The notes: a model not told the origin generated them from the sequence alone. 64,000 bases of DNA from Patescibacteria group bacterium (GCA_024654625.1 JANLHB010000016.1:64137-128136), one strand, 5' to 3'; shown: positions 10,353 to 20,501, numbered from the stretch's first letter. Numbers and translations are program-made.

Positions 10353-11919
10353 GAGGTATTTATTTCTTATTATTGTTCTGCTTTTCGGAGCTTTTTATAT
10401 TTTTAATTTCGTATTTTCTTATAAAGATATTTCTTTTGCTTCAGGTGGCACTCAGGAAGATTTTATACTTGAATATAATGCGGGAAAGAATTTTTCAATA
10501 AAAGGTTTTGGAAAATTGTTTTTTCTTCCTGATTATTCTACTGATTTTAAAACGGACAGCCAACCTGTATTTTATACTCACAATCCGTCTTTACCGTCAG
10601 TTCTTCAGGGTTTTTTGATAGAATTAAGTTTTGATGTTTTTCAGTCAAGAGTATTCTACGCGATAATTTCCTTGGTCGGGATTGCTTTTTTATATCTGTT
10701 TATCAGCGCAATAGCATCAGTGCCTGCTGCTGTTTTTACTTCTTTGTTTTTGGTTCTAAATTTCAGCGGATTTTTAAGTTTAGCGGATCATAGTCAGTAC
10801 TCTTTAAGCTTTCCTATTTTGTTCGGCTATTTGTGGTTAAGATACACTGATATACCAAAAAAATATTTGATTATATCGTCTTTATTCTTTGTTGCTGTTT
10901 TTGCTAATTTTATGCTTGCGGCATTTATGCTTATTTTGGAAGTTTTGCTCGGAATTTTTGAGAAGAACATGAAGTTATCTTTTCTAGCTTTTTTGGCTGT
11001 TATTGGGGGAAGCGTTATTCATATTATTCAGAATATGATAGCCCTCACGCCTTTTGTAGCTTTTCAGGATATATGGCTTACTATACAAAATAGGTTTTTT
11101 AGCATTCCTTCCAGAATGGAGCTTCTGGGTTTTTATCAGGCTAATGACATTGTTCTTTGGGGGTCTAATGCATCTCCACCTTTGAGTAATTATTTATCTG
11201 GCACTATACCTTTTTATTTGTTCAAAATACCATTAACAATAGGAATAATTTTTACTTCTCTTTTTTATATTTTTAGACAAGGTATTATCTATAAAAATAT
11301 AAAATTTATAACCCCTTTATTTTTTTCTGTTTTTATATGGCAGACTATATTTCTTCCAACAATAGGAAATCATCCCTTGTTTTTTCACGCCTTTATGGTT
11401 ATTTTTCTAGGTTTGGTTCTTGGTGATTTGTTTCGCGTCCTTATTGAAAATATAGACACTAATAATGATTTTATAATATTGATTAAGGAAATCTTATTTA
11501 AAATTATAATTTTTGTCGCTATGATTCTTATTGTTTTGGAATACTTTACATGGGCAGCCGGCATAAGCCAAGATGAAAGGCTTCCTGTCATATTGGCGAC
11601 TCTGGAGAATTATCAAGATAAGACTTTTTTTACTAATATTACGCCAAATACCGTATCATTTAAAACAGGCGCTTGGTCCGTGGGTTTTTGTCTTCCAGAT
11701 GGTCTTATAGATATAGATGCTTCAAATTGTTATTCTAAGTTTTCAGGACTTAGTAATGAAAAATTGATACCGGATTATATACTTTTATCATCTTATGCTT
11801 ATGCTTTTGAATGTTCGCGCGAATGTTTCTTTAGCTTGAAGAATAAGCTGATTGCTAAATATGAATTAGTTGAAGAAATAAATAATGGGGAAGATGTAAT
11901 ATATAAAGTTAAAAAATAA
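10330..11919 (+). CDS. Multi-TM protein, distant relative of the GT-C-like paralogs
   Basis: Hydrophobic; FFLPDYS...FYTHNP echoes FLPMGYS...YYTHYP. Confidence 0.5.
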   Translation: MARFILNKRYLFLIIVLLFGAFYIFNFVFSYKDISFASGGTQEDFILEYNAGKNFSIKGFGKLFFLPDYSTDFKTDSQPVFYTHNPSLPSVLQGFLIELSFDVFQSRVFYAIISLVGIAFLYLFISAIASVPAAVFTSLFLVLNFSGFLSLADHSQYSLSFPILFGYLWLRYTDIPKKYLIISSLFFVAVFANFMLAAFMLILEVLLGIFEKNMKLSFLAFLAVIGGSVIHIIQNMIALTPFVAFQDIWLTIQNRFFSIPSRMELLGFYQANDIVLWGSNASPPLSNYLSGTIPFYLFKIPLTIGIIFTSLFYIFRQGIIYKNIKFITPLFFSVFIWQTIFLPTIGNHPLFFHAFMVIFLGLVLGDLFRVLIENIDTNNDFIILIKEILFKIIIFVAMILIVLEYFTWAAGISQDERLPVILATLENYQDKTFFTNITPNTVSFKTGAWSVGFCLPDGLIDIDASNCYSKFSGLSNEKLIPDYILLSSYAYAFECSRECFFSLKNKLIAKYELVEEINNGEDVIYKVKK

Positions 11920-11921
11920 TT

Positions 11922-13595
11922 TTAAGGAACAATCAATATCTTTTTATCTTTAATAATTATGGACTGGACCCGGCCATTATCATCTTTTGGAGATTTTGTA
12001 TATATTAGGTCAATTAAGGTTTTTGTTTTTGCTTCAGTCGGCAATATTATTAGAGCTGAAAAAGGATATTCAGATATTTGTTTCAGGTAAGTGAAGTCGC
12101 GAACCAAATCCTCTTTGTCATCAAAGTATAAAATAGGCATATCGTGGTAATACATATCATAATAACGCGTCATTGTCGGTGTGATTGAGTCGCCGTAATA
12201 CTCCGGAGGAAACATGGTGAATATTACAGTATCTTCTAAAGCAAACGGCTTAAGAGAATTTTTTAGTTCATACGCAAAATCTATCTTCTCTTGTTCGTAT
12301 GTGTTATTAGGCCACTGTTTTATATAAGCGAACGTCCTGCTCGTCTGCAGTGACCACATAAAAATACTTAAAGAAATTAAAACAAGAACAAAGATTTTTT
12401 GCGAGAGTTGTTTTTTTATAATCCAATAAATCATAAATATAAATATACCTGCTATAAAAGCCGCAAATACTCCCAATATCCGTCCTTTATAAGGATGATT
12501 ATCTGTCAGTATAAGAGATTGGAAAAAAGCACTTCCTCCTAAGAGTATCGCATACTTGTATATATCGGGTATTGTGCTATTTATATATTTTATTTTTCTT
12601 AACTTGAAAAATGCGACTACAATGGTGGCGATAAAGATCAAAGCATAACGCAATCGGAAAGAGAAAGCAAAAGCCTCAGTTATGGGAAATAGTATTCCTT
12701 GCAGAAAACGCTGTTTTATAAAATTTTGCCCTGAATTTGAAGCAAGTGGAATAGCATTGAAAGCGCCAAAAAAGTCTGAAAGCATATTGTAGAAGCCTAA
12801 ATACCATGAGTTTTGGATTACCTGGACACCAAATGCTAAAACAGGCGCGCAGGAGAAGAGAAGCCATTTTTTCCATGGAAAATTCTTGACGATCAGGATA
12901 TCAAGACCTATGAGCCAGAAAAAGACAAAAAAAGTTGAATCGTAAGAAGATACGGAGAGGACGAAATAAGAGAGCCATGCCCACATGCTATAAGTAAAAT
13001 ATTTTTTGCTATTACTTATGTTTTTGATGGCCAGCACACTAAGAAATAGGATAATAAAACGAAAAAAGTCGTCTATCGGCATATTGGCCAGCGAATCGGC
13101 AAAGTCTAAAAAGGGAACGGATATCATGTAAAACAACACAGCGAAAAACGCGATTGCTTTATTGCTGATCAAAATAAAAAATTTATACAGCAAAAACAAG
13201 CTTCCCATGGAAATGAGTATCTGAAATAACCTAAACCAAAATCGGTTTTCAAAACCAAGCTCCATTAAAAAGGCGAGAGGAAATAAATAACCTGACGGAT
13301 AATGCGTATAATATGTTTGTTTTGTGCCTTTGCCCCCGGTAACATCAACCCAGGCATGTTGTTTTAAATTTGGATCATCAAAATAATGCGTTGTTTTTGA
13401 ATATCCTGCAGGAATAAACAAGAAATAATGATTTGTCCATCCATCATTTACCCAATGTTTGATGCTCATCATCGTCTGGGCTGAGCCAAAACCCCAACCG
13501 TCCCAACTATTTTCATGAGTAGCTTTTACGGTTAGGTATATACCAATAATACTGATAAATGTTATTAATAGGTATGTTAAGAAATGTTTTTTCAT
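11922..13595 (-). CDS. Multi-TM protein, putative GT-C glycosyltransferase (paralog 4, inverted)
   Basis: WDGWGFGSAQT, YYTHYPSG, DSLANMPIDD, SSYDSTFF. Confidence 0.6.
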   Translation of the reverse strand: MKKHFLTYLLITFISIIGIYLTVKATHENSWDGWGFGSAQTMMSIKHWVNDGWTNHYFLFIPAGYSKTTHYFDDPNLKQHAWVDVTGGKGTKQTYYTHYPSGYLFPLAFLMELGFENRFWFRLFQILISMGSLFLLYKFFILISNKAIAFFAVLFYMISVPFLDFADSLANMPIDDFFRFIILFLSVLAIKNISNSKKYFTYSMWAWLSYFVLSVSSYDSTFFVFFWLIGLDILIVKNFPWKKWLLFSCAPVLAFGVQVIQNSWYLGFYNMLSDFFGAFNAIPLASNSGQNFIKQRFLQGILFPITEAFAFSFRLRYALIFIATIVVAFFKLRKIKYINSTIPDIYKYAILLGGSAFFQSLILTDNHPYKGRILGVFAAFIAGIFIFMIYWIIKKQLSQKIFVLVLISLSIFMWSLQTSRTFAYIKQWPNNTYEQEKIDFAYELKNSLKPFALEDTVIFTMFPPEYYGDSITPTMTRYYDMYYHDMPILYFDDKEDLVRDFTYLKQISEYPFSALIILPTEAKTKTLIDLIYTKSPKDDNGRVQSIIIKDKKILIVP

Positions 13596-14965
13596 ATTTT
13601 GGTTTTTTTTGTTAAGTCGAGCAGGCCTGATATTGCAAACATAATAATAAATGGCGAAGCGGAAAAGCGATAGCGTATCATATCTCCTGCCGCCATATTC
13701 CCTATGAGAAGCAGATAAAGTATTATAGACGCAATTAGTATTATATAGGATCTGGTGTTTGTATCTGATTTTTTAAATAAAATAATAGCGCCTAAAACGG
13801 ACAATAATAAAGTTACTATCCAAAAAATTGTTCCAAATATCATTATTAATGCAGCGATTATTTCTTTTGAATGGAAGTTTGAAATCTTTTTTATATTGAG
13901 TTCTAAAATGGCATTTTTTACTTCTTTATGGTAATTGACTTGTCCGCTTGTCCCTTTGATTAGATTTCTTATGGATCCCCACCATGATGAACCAACAGTA
14001 TCTGTCAGAAGATGCTTGAAGTAAAAAGCGGTGAAGCCTAATGGTTTTGATAAAATTATTTTTGTTGATTTTTTTATGGCCGCGGAGGTCTTGTCTAAGT
14101 GGCCTGATTCTTTAAATTTTGGCAAGCCGCTTTCTTTCGGTATTTCTGTCGGTGTATTTTTGAATCCTTTTTGTTCTGCTTTAAATTGCGAGGCGGTTAT
14201 ATAGATACTTGAAGCGTTATCTGAAGAGATTTGCCAAGAATTGAAAGTAATATAATTTCTAAAGGACCACGGTAATAAAAGAATAACATATATAGAGAAT
14301 ATCATACTGAGTTGAATTAATGTTTTCTTTGAAAACATACTGTTTAAGAAATTTAAATTTTCTGTCTTACTGTTAGCGTATATTATAGTGGGCGCAAATA
14401 TCATCGGCAGTAATAAAGAGGTTGGTCTTATGTATGTTAAAGTTGCAAGTAATAATGCGGCGATAAGTATAAAATATTTTGTATTTTTTATTTCACCTGT
14501 GTATTTTATAAAAATACAAACGATTATAAGGAGGAAAAGAATATAAATAGGCTCTGTAAAAAATTGAGATGATATGTCTATAGCGTATAATTCAAAAGCC
14601 CATATTAATGATACGGCTATTGACCAAGATTGATTTAGCCATTTTCTTGAAATTAAATACAAAAGAACAGCGCTTATGCCGGCTATAGCGTGCTGGATAA
14701 ATAAAACGGCCCACCAGTTTTTGAATATACTAAAAATTACAGCTAGAAAAAGAGGATACCCGGGCATTCTTAGGGCCGTAGGGTTAATGCCGTCAAGTGA
14801 GAAGGAGAATGATTTGGATAAATTTTCGGCTATCTGAAAGTAATAATCAGTAGTTAATCCTTCGAGCGGAAGATTGTTGGCTATTTTTAAAAGTGTGAAA
14901 AAGCTATATACTATAAATACTGAGAGAAATATCAAAAGTTCAGTCTTTCTTGTTTTAAGCGTCAT
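13592..14965 (-). CDS. GT-C fold (ArnT/PMT_2-like) glycosyltransferase
   Basis: DYYFQIAENL, RMPGYPLFLA, TEP, IRP, PWSFRN, RYR. Confidence 0.8.
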   Translation of the reverse strand: MTLKTRKTELLIFLSVFIVYSFFTLLKIANNLPLEGLTTDYYFQIAENLSKSFSFSLDGINPTALRMPGYPLFLAVIFSIFKNWWAVLFIQHAIAGISAVLLYLISRKWLNQSWSIAVSLIWAFELYAIDISSQFFTEPIYILFLLIIVCIFIKYTGEIKNTKYFILIAALLLATLTYIRPTSLLLPMIFAPTIIYANSKTENLNFLNSMFSKKTLIQLSMIFSIYVILLLPWSFRNYITFNSWQISSDNASSIYITASQFKAEQKGFKNTPTEIPKESGLPKFKESGHLDKTSAAIKKSTKIILSKPLGFTAFYFKHLLTDTVGSSWWGSIRNLIKGTSGQVNYHKEVKNAILELNIKKISNFHSKEIIAALIMIFGTIFWIVTLLLSVLGAIILFKKSDTNTRSYIILIASIILYLLLIGNMAAGDMIRYRFSASPFIIMFAISGLLDLTKKTKI

Positions 14966-14988
14966 AAATTTTAATAAATAAATTATAA

Positions 14989-16356
14989 ATGAATTATCTA
15001 TATTTTACAAAGAAATATTGGTTTCCGATTCTAGTGCTTCTCATTATCATCGTCAATGCTTTAATCTTCCTGCCCAAGTATGGCGCGTGGGGTGGACCCA
15101 CTGATGTGGAATATAACGAGACTGCTATTAACATGGCAAATGGCGACGGCTTTTCTTTGGGTGGAGAGAGAACGATGTTTCGTGAGCCGGCTTATCCTTT
15201 CTTTTTGGCTTTGAACTATAGGTTATTTGGGGTTAATTGGACAATAATTAGGATAGAGCAATTTTTATTGCTGTTTCTAATAATTTATCTTACCTATATA
15301 ATTTCTTATGAGATTTTTGGTGTTTTAACGGCGAGAATCGCCTCCTTGGCAATAGTTGTGTTGCCGATATTTCCTATATATGCCACAGATATTATTTCCG
15401 AAATTTTTGCCGCTTTTTTGGTAGTTTTATTTATTTATTTATTTTTAAAAAGTCTAAGCTTCAAAAAGGTGAGACCTTTTTATGTGGAAAAAGGTCTCAC
15501 CTTTTTGTTATTAAGCGGGTTGGTCTTTGGAATACTGGCTCTTACAAAAAGTATTTTTATTTTTTTACCTGTTTTGATTTTGCCGATCTATTTATTAAAG
15601 GACAGAAAATATGGTTTAAAAAATATAGTATTATTCTTTTTTGCTTTTTTAGTTATTGTATCCCCATGGGTTTATAGAAATTATATAAATTTTGGAAATA
15701 TGGCTATTGCCGATAGAGGGGGGATGCTTATGTATCTTCACTCTATAAAAAGCGAATTTAGCGTCAATAAATTGAAAGATTATGCTGTCGCCTCTTTAAC
15801 CGGAGAATATATCGTCCGTCTTTATAATCCGGATTTTAATATTGTTGAGGGAGAGGGGATATACCTGATGAATCAGCATAGGGCAGAACTTTTAAATAAT
15901 GGATTGAATTTCTCCCAAGCTGATGAAGTGATGTCAAAAGAGGCTGAAGTATTATATCTGAAGCATCCTGTTAAAAATTTGTTAATAGGCTTCTTGGAGG
16001 TAGCGAAAGTTAATGCGCCTATGGCGCCAAAGTACTCTATAATGTTCGCTTTCCCTGAAGATATCGGCAGTTCACTTTTTGAAAAGGTTATGAAAACGGG
16101 AATTGTCTTAATTATAAGGCTATTATGGGCTATTATCTTGCTTATGGCTTTTTGGGGCGCTTATAAGGCTTTAAGAGAAAAAAATATAAAAGCTATAGTG
16201 ATGTTATTTTTTATAATTTATCTAAATGGTGTAATTTTTTTTCTGCAAGGCGTGCCAAGATTTATTTTTGTAATTTATCCTTTTTATTTTATTTTTTTTG
16301 CTTTCAGTATTTCTATTATTTTAAATAAATTTTTTTATGGAAATAAAGAATTATAA
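14989..16356 (+). CDS. GT-C fold (ArnT/PMT_2-like) glycosyltransferase
   Basis: DVEYNETAINM, REPAYPFFLA, SE, PWVYRN, PRF. Confidence 0.8.
   Translation: MNYLYFTKKYWFPILVLLIIIVNALIFLPKYGAWGGPTDVEYNETAINMANGDGFSLGGERTMFREPAYPFFLALNYRLFGVNWTIIRIEQFLLLFLIIYLTYIISYEIFGVLTARIASLAIVVLPIFPIYATDIISEIFAAFLVVLFIYLFLKSLSFKKVRPFYVEKGLTFLLLSGLVFGILALTKSIFIFLPVLILPIYLLKDRKYGLKNIVLFFFAFLVIVSPWVYRNYINFGNMAIADRGGMLMYLHSIKSEFSVNKLKDYAVASLTGEYIVRLYNPDFNIVEGEGIYLMNQHRAELLNNGLNFSQADEVMSKEAEVLYLKHPVKNLLIGFLEVAKVNAPMAPKYSIMFAFPEDIGSSLFEKVMKTGIVLIIRLLWAIILLMAFWGAYKALREKNIKAIVMLFFIIYLNGVIFFLQGVPRFIFVIYPFYFIFFAFSISIILNKFFYGNKEL
15462..15507. repeat. Intragenic 20-bp perfect inverted repeat made of two self-palindromic AAAAAGGT-NNN-ACCTTTTT units (REP-like)
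   Basis: CAAAAAGGTGAGACCTTTTT-atgtgg-AAAAAGGTCTCACCTTTTTG. Confidence 0.85.
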
Positions 16357-17062
16357 ATTAAAACTTACAATAGTAGTACCGGCTTTTAACGAAGAAAAGA
16401 ATCTTGAGTTTACCATAAGAGGACTCATGTACGTTCTAAATGAAAAACGCTTAGAAAATTATGAAATCATTATTTTTGATGACTCTTCATCTGATAGAAC
16501 AGGAATTATTGCTGATCGGCTTGCCTTAGAAAATAAGGGAATAAAGGTGATTCATAATAAGATAAATATGGGCTTTGGCTACAATTATAAGAAGGGTGTA
16601 GAAATGTCAGCCGGAGAGTATGTGATGATTATCCCAGGGGATAATGAAGTAATATCTTCTTCTTTTGGATACTTGATTGATTCAATAGGCAAGGCAGATA
16701 TAGTCTTAAGCTATATTGATAACGTAAAAGAACGATCTTGGATTCGCAGGATAATTTCATTTTTTTATGTTAAGTTTTTGAATTTTCTTTTTAGTTTGAA
16801 TATGAAATATTATAACGGGATAAGCATATATCCTGTTTCATTGGTTAAAAAAACTATGCCGACAACTTTTGGTTTTGCCTTTGCGGCGGAGATTGCAATA
16901 AGACTTTTAAAGTCAGGGGCGACTTATATTGAGGTTCCAATGTTTATAAGGCCAACTAATAAGACTTCGGCTTTTAGATTGAAAAATATTATAAGTGTTA
17001 TGAAAACTATAATTATTCTTTTCTGGAGTATTAATATAAAAAAAGAGAGAGCGGAAATTTGA
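16337..17062 (+). CDS. Glycosyltransferase family 2 (DPM1/polyprenol-phosphate GT-like)
   Basis: VVPAFNEE, FDDSSSDRT, NMGFG, PGDNE. Confidence 0.9.
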   Translation: MEIKNYKLKLTIVVPAFNEEKNLEFTIRGLMYVLNEKRLENYEIIIFDDSSSDRTGIIADRLALENKGIKVIHNKINMGFGYNYKKGVEMSAGEYVMIIPGDNEVISSSFGYLIDSIGKADIVLSYIDNVKERSWIRRIISFFYVKFLNFLFSLNMKYYNGISIYPVSLVKKTMPTTFGFAFAAEIAIRLLKSGATYIEVPMFIRPTNKTSAFRLKNIISVMKTIIILFWSINIKKERAEI

Positions 17063-17086
17063 CACCCTTTACTTTTCTCATATAAA
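17059..17086 (+). promoter_or_regulatory. Putative sigma70 promoter for the GT9 gene
   Basis: TTGACA-16 nt-TATAAA, overlapping the upstream TGA stop. Confidence 0.55.
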
Positions 17087-17158
17087 AGTTAGTATATTTT
17101 TGGAAGATAAAATAAAATATTCGGTTCTTTAATTTAAACATAAATAAGGGGGTGTAAA

Positions 17159-18172
17159 GTGAAGAAAGAAAAAGTCCTTATAATAAAGCCCGGGTATTCC
17201 GAGACGCTTGTAAATGACATCGGAACAAAAACAAGCCTTGGTGATGTGCTAAGAAGCACTGTCATATTGCCTTTGTATAAAGATGCTCATGTCACATGGC
17301 TAGTAGATGAGAAGGCAGTATCTTTGCTCAAGGGGAATATCTACATCGACAGGATAATGACTTACGATCTCACGAGTATCTTACAGCTTCAGAAGGAGAG
17401 GTTTGATACTGTCATAAACCTTGAGAAGGTTGGCGGACTTTGCGCCCTCGCCGATAGTATAAATGGCTGGAGGCGATACGGTTTCAGGTTTGACCCTGAG
17501 ATCGGAGAAATCAAGGCTTATGACGGTTCTCAGCATGTCGTGGAGCTGTGTTCAAATCTTGACGGGAAACGCTCTAACCAGAAGCTATGGGAAGAGTTTC
17601 TCTTTGAGATGGTGGGCGCCAAGTGGGATGGCGAGATGCCTATTCTTGGTTACAAACCGAAATCAAAAGAGATTTTTGACATCGGCTTTAACCACAATGT
17701 CGGCGATAAATGGCCAATAAAGGCGTGGCCTAAAGATTACTGGGAAAAATTACAGCAATTTATCGGCGGAAGATTTTCTGTTTCATGGCAACAGGGACTC
17801 GGCTCTATAGAAGAGTATATAGAGTGGATAAGTTCTTGCCGTTTTATTATCACTAACGACAGTCTTGGTCTGCACATCGCTCACGCCCTTGATAAAAAGA
17901 TCATCGCCCTTTTTGGCCCAACTGTTTCAGGTGAAGTGTATGTTAGGAAAGGGATAAAGCTTTTACCTGATCCTAGGCCGGATTGCCTCCCGTGTATGAG
18001 CAATATATGCAAGCAAGGAGTGTCTTGCATGTATGACATAAGACCGGAGAGGGTGCTCGCTGAAGTCAACAATCTAATGTCGGGTGGCGAGACTTCTTCG
18101 GGCGAAAGTGATATTCAAGAGAAGCGCGGTCTTATCCCTTCTAAGCCGGATTTCAAAGGTATCGGCTATTGA
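17159..18172 (+). CDS. Glycosyltransferase family 9 (heptosyltransferase-like)
   Basis: SLGDVLRST, WPIKAWP, ITNDSLGLHIAHAL, LFGPT; GTG start with AAGGGGG SD. Confidence 0.9.
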   Translation: MKKEKVLIIKPGYSETLVNDIGTKTSLGDVLRSTVILPLYKDAHVTWLVDEKAVSLLKGNIYIDRIMTYDLTSILQLQKERFDTVINLEKVGGLCALADSINGWRRYGFRFDPEIGEIKAYDGSQHVVELCSNLDGKRSNQKLWEEFLFEMVGAKWDGEMPILGYKPKSKEIFDIGFNHNVGDKWPIKAWPKDYWEKLQQFIGGRFSVSWQQGLGSIEEYIEWISSCRFIITNDSLGLHIAHALDKKIIALFGPTVSGEVYVRKGIKLLPDPRPDCLPCMSNICKQGVSCMYDIRPERVLAEVNNLMSGGETSSGESDIQEKRGLIPSKPDFKGIGY

Positions 18173-18199
18173 TTTATGTCCGATCTTGATGTTCTATCG

Positions 18200-18242
18200 C
18201 CCCTCATCTTTTCTTATAAAAGAAAAGATGAGGGGTTTTTTT
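18200..18242 (+). terminator. Intrinsic terminator
   Basis: 16-bp stem CCCCTCATCTTTTCTT/AAGAAAAGATGAGGGG followed by a T run. Confidence 0.85.
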
Positions 18243-18243
18243 C

Positions 18244-18283
18244 TTGCAAAAATGCGAAATAATGATATCGTTTAAGTGGAAAA
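18244..18283 (+). promoter_or_regulatory. Repeated 40-bp promoter module, copy 1
   Basis: TTGCAA-16-TATCGT with TG extension; 37/40 identical to the copy at 20541. Confidence 0.75.
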
Positions 18284-18327
18284 AAGAAGGTCTTTAACTT
18301 TTAAATATAAATAACAGGAGGGTTAAA

Positions 18328-19203
18328 ATGGAGAAGAAAGTTATGTTGCCGTCAGTAAAGATTCCCGAGCCTTATAATTACATAGCGGTGTTTTTAACAC
18401 TTGCTTGTAACTTAAAGTGCAGTTACTGCATCAATGACTTTGAGTCAGGATCCAAAAAGAAAGGCGGGGAGCTTTTATCCGGAGATGAGTGGATAACCGG
18501 TCTAAAGAGGATTATCTCAAGATCAGACCTGCCTGTAACTCTTCAAGGCGGAGAGCCAAGCTTGCATAAGGATTTTATATACATACTTAATAATATAAAA
18601 TCCGAATTGCATGTAGATGTTCTTACGAATCTTCAGTTTAACGTTGATGAGTTTATCAAGAAGGTTGACCCGAATCGCGTGAAGAGAGAATCACCTTACG
18701 CATCTATACGAGTGAGTTATCACCCTGAGCAGGTGAACCTCGGCTCCTTGGTAAATAAAGTTTTGAAGATGCAGTATGTAGGGTTTCATATAGGTATCTG
18801 GGGCGTGATGCATCCTGCTCAGAAGGGGTATATCCTTGACGCCCAGAGACATTGCCTTTATCAGGGAATAGATTTTCGCCTTAAAGAATTTCTCGGTGAG
18901 CATAAAGGAAAGATGTACGGGGAATATAAGTATCCTGAAGCTTGCAATAGAGAATCAAAAAAAACGGTTCTTTGTAAGACGACTGAGCTTATCATCGGTC
19001 CTGACGGATCGGTATACCGCTGTACAGCTGACCTCTATGAAGGCAGAGAACCGGTAGGGCATATCCTTGATCCGGATTTCAGGATAGAGGATAAATACAG
19101 GCCATGTAACTGGTATGGCCATTGCAACCCGTGTGACATAAAAGTGAAGACCAATCGTCATCAAAAGTTTGGTCACACTTCTGTTGATATAATCGGAGCT
19201 TAG
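18328..19203 (+). CDS. Radical SAM protein with C-terminal Cys cluster (SPASM/twitch-like)
   Basis: CNLKCSYC; GGEP; GSVYRC...C....CNPC; GGAGG SD. Confidence 0.9.
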   Translation: MEKKVMLPSVKIPEPYNYIAVFLTLACNLKCSYCINDFESGSKKKGGELLSGDEWITGLKRIISRSDLPVTLQGGEPSLHKDFIYILNNIKSELHVDVLTNLQFNVDEFIKKVDPNRVKRESPYASIRVSYHPEQVNLGSLVNKVLKMQYVGFHIGIWGVMHPAQKGYILDAQRHCLYQGIDFRLKEFLGEHKGKMYGEYKYPEACNRESKKTVLCKTTELIIGPDGSVYRCTADLYEGREPVGHILDPDFRIEDKYRPCNWYGHCNPCDIKVKTNRHQKFGHTSVDIIGA

Positions 19204-19220
19204 AGTAACTATTTAACACC

Positions 19221-19253
19221 AACCCCGCCAGTTTTAAATGGCGGGGTTTTTTT
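19221..19253 (+). terminator. Intrinsic terminator
   Basis: AACCCCGCCA/TGGCGGGGTT stem followed by a T run. Confidence 0.85.
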
Positions 19254-19254
19254 A

Positions 19255-19294
19255 TTGCAAAAACATAGAATAATGGTATGGTTTAAATGGAAAA
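19255..19294 (+). promoter_or_regulatory. Repeated 40-bp promoter module, copy 2
   Basis: TTGCAAAAACATAGAATAATGGTATGGTTTAAATGGAAAA. Confidence 0.75.
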
Positions 19295-19334
19295 GGATAT
19301 ATAAACTTGAACTTTAAAATAAAAGGAGGCGTTA

Positions 19335-20486
19335 ATGAAAAGCAATACGGATCTGGACAGCAACCTTATATTAGATGGCCATAAGCTCTGGCTTCCTGAA
19401 CACAGGGATCGTTTGGAAGCATGGCAGATGGGTGAAAGAATAGTGCCTATCACTATCGATATGGCGCTGACAAGAAGTTGCAACTATAGGTGCGAGTATT
19501 GTTACGCCACGCTTCAGGATAATGATATAAAGAAGATGACGCTTGATGTCATCTATCGTTTCCTTGATGATGCATCAGAGATGGGCGTTAAAGCGATAAG
19601 CTTTGTCTCAGACGGAGAGAGTACTTGTTCACCTCATCTTTATGATGCCATCTTGCGTGGGCATAACAACGGACTTAGTATGGCTCTTGGCACCGCTGGC
19701 TATCTTCTTAAAGACGAGCGGTTGGAAGAGATACTTCCGGCTTTGACATATTTGAGATTCAATATGTCGGCGGGTGTGCCTAGCCGGTATTCCGAGATCC
19801 ACGGTGTGCCGAAAGACTACTTCAATAAAGTGGTAAACACTGTTATAAAAGCGGTGGATATAAAGAGAAAGAAAAGTCTTGGTGTCACAATCGGACTTCA
19901 GATGGTCCTCCTCTCTAAGTATAAGGATCAGATCATACCTTTATCTCACTTGGGAAAAGTGCTCGGTGTAGACTATCTTGTACTGAAGCACTGCTCGGAT
20001 GACCAGAAGGGTTCACTAGGCGTAGATTTCTCGTCATATCATGAGCCTGATATTATGGCTCTACTTGATTCGGCAGAAGCGCTCTCTAGTGATTCCTATA
20101 CCGTTAAAGCGAAAAGGTCAAAGATCTTTAGTGACGGTAAAAGATGTTACTCTCGTTGCTATGGTCCGCCGTTTTTCTTACAGTTCTCTGGGAGTGGACT
20201 GGTTGCGCCGTGCGGGATGCTTTTCGGCAAAGAGTATAAGAAGTATCACATCGGCAATATCGCCGAGAAGTCGTTTAAGGAGATCTGGCAGAGCGATAGA
20301 TACTGGGAAGTGCTGAATATTCTCTCTTCAGGCAGGTTTGATGCACAGACTATGTGCGGGTGCCTGTGTATCCAGCATAAGATAAACGAGTTTCTTTGGT
20401 CTTTGAAAGAGGGAAATTCGGGTAGGATCATTGAGGAGTGTGACAAAATAGATAGTTTCGGGCTTATCCACCGTAACTTTCTTTAG
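19335..20486 (+). CDS. Radical SAM/SPASM(twitch) protein
   Basis: CNYRCEYC; C...GLVAPC...IGNI..KSFKEIW...C; AAGGAGG SD. Confidence 0.92.
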   Translation: MKSNTDLDSNLILDGHKLWLPEHRDRLEAWQMGERIVPITIDMALTRSCNYRCEYCYATLQDNDIKKMTLDVIYRFLDDASEMGVKAISFVSDGESTCSPHLYDAILRGHNNGLSMALGTAGYLLKDERLEEILPALTYLRFNMSAGVPSRYSEIHGVPKDYFNKVVNTVIKAVDIKRKKSLGVTIGLQMVLLSKYKDQIIPLSHLGKVLGVDYLVLKHCSDDQKGSLGVDFSSYHEPDIMALLDSAEALSSDSYTVKAKRSKIFSDGKRCYSRCYGPPFFLQFSGSGLVAPCGMLFGKEYKKYHIGNIAEKSFKEIWQSDRYWEVLNILSSGRFDAQTMCGCLCIQHKINEFLWSLKEGNSGRIIEECDKIDSFGLIHRNFL

Positions 20487-20501
20487 TTCTTTCGGGTTTA
20501 T

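Noticed and set aside
11915-14990. Invertase-type inverted repeats flanking the inverted block
   Set aside because: Only short AT-rich matches; no convincing IR pair and no recombinase nearby.
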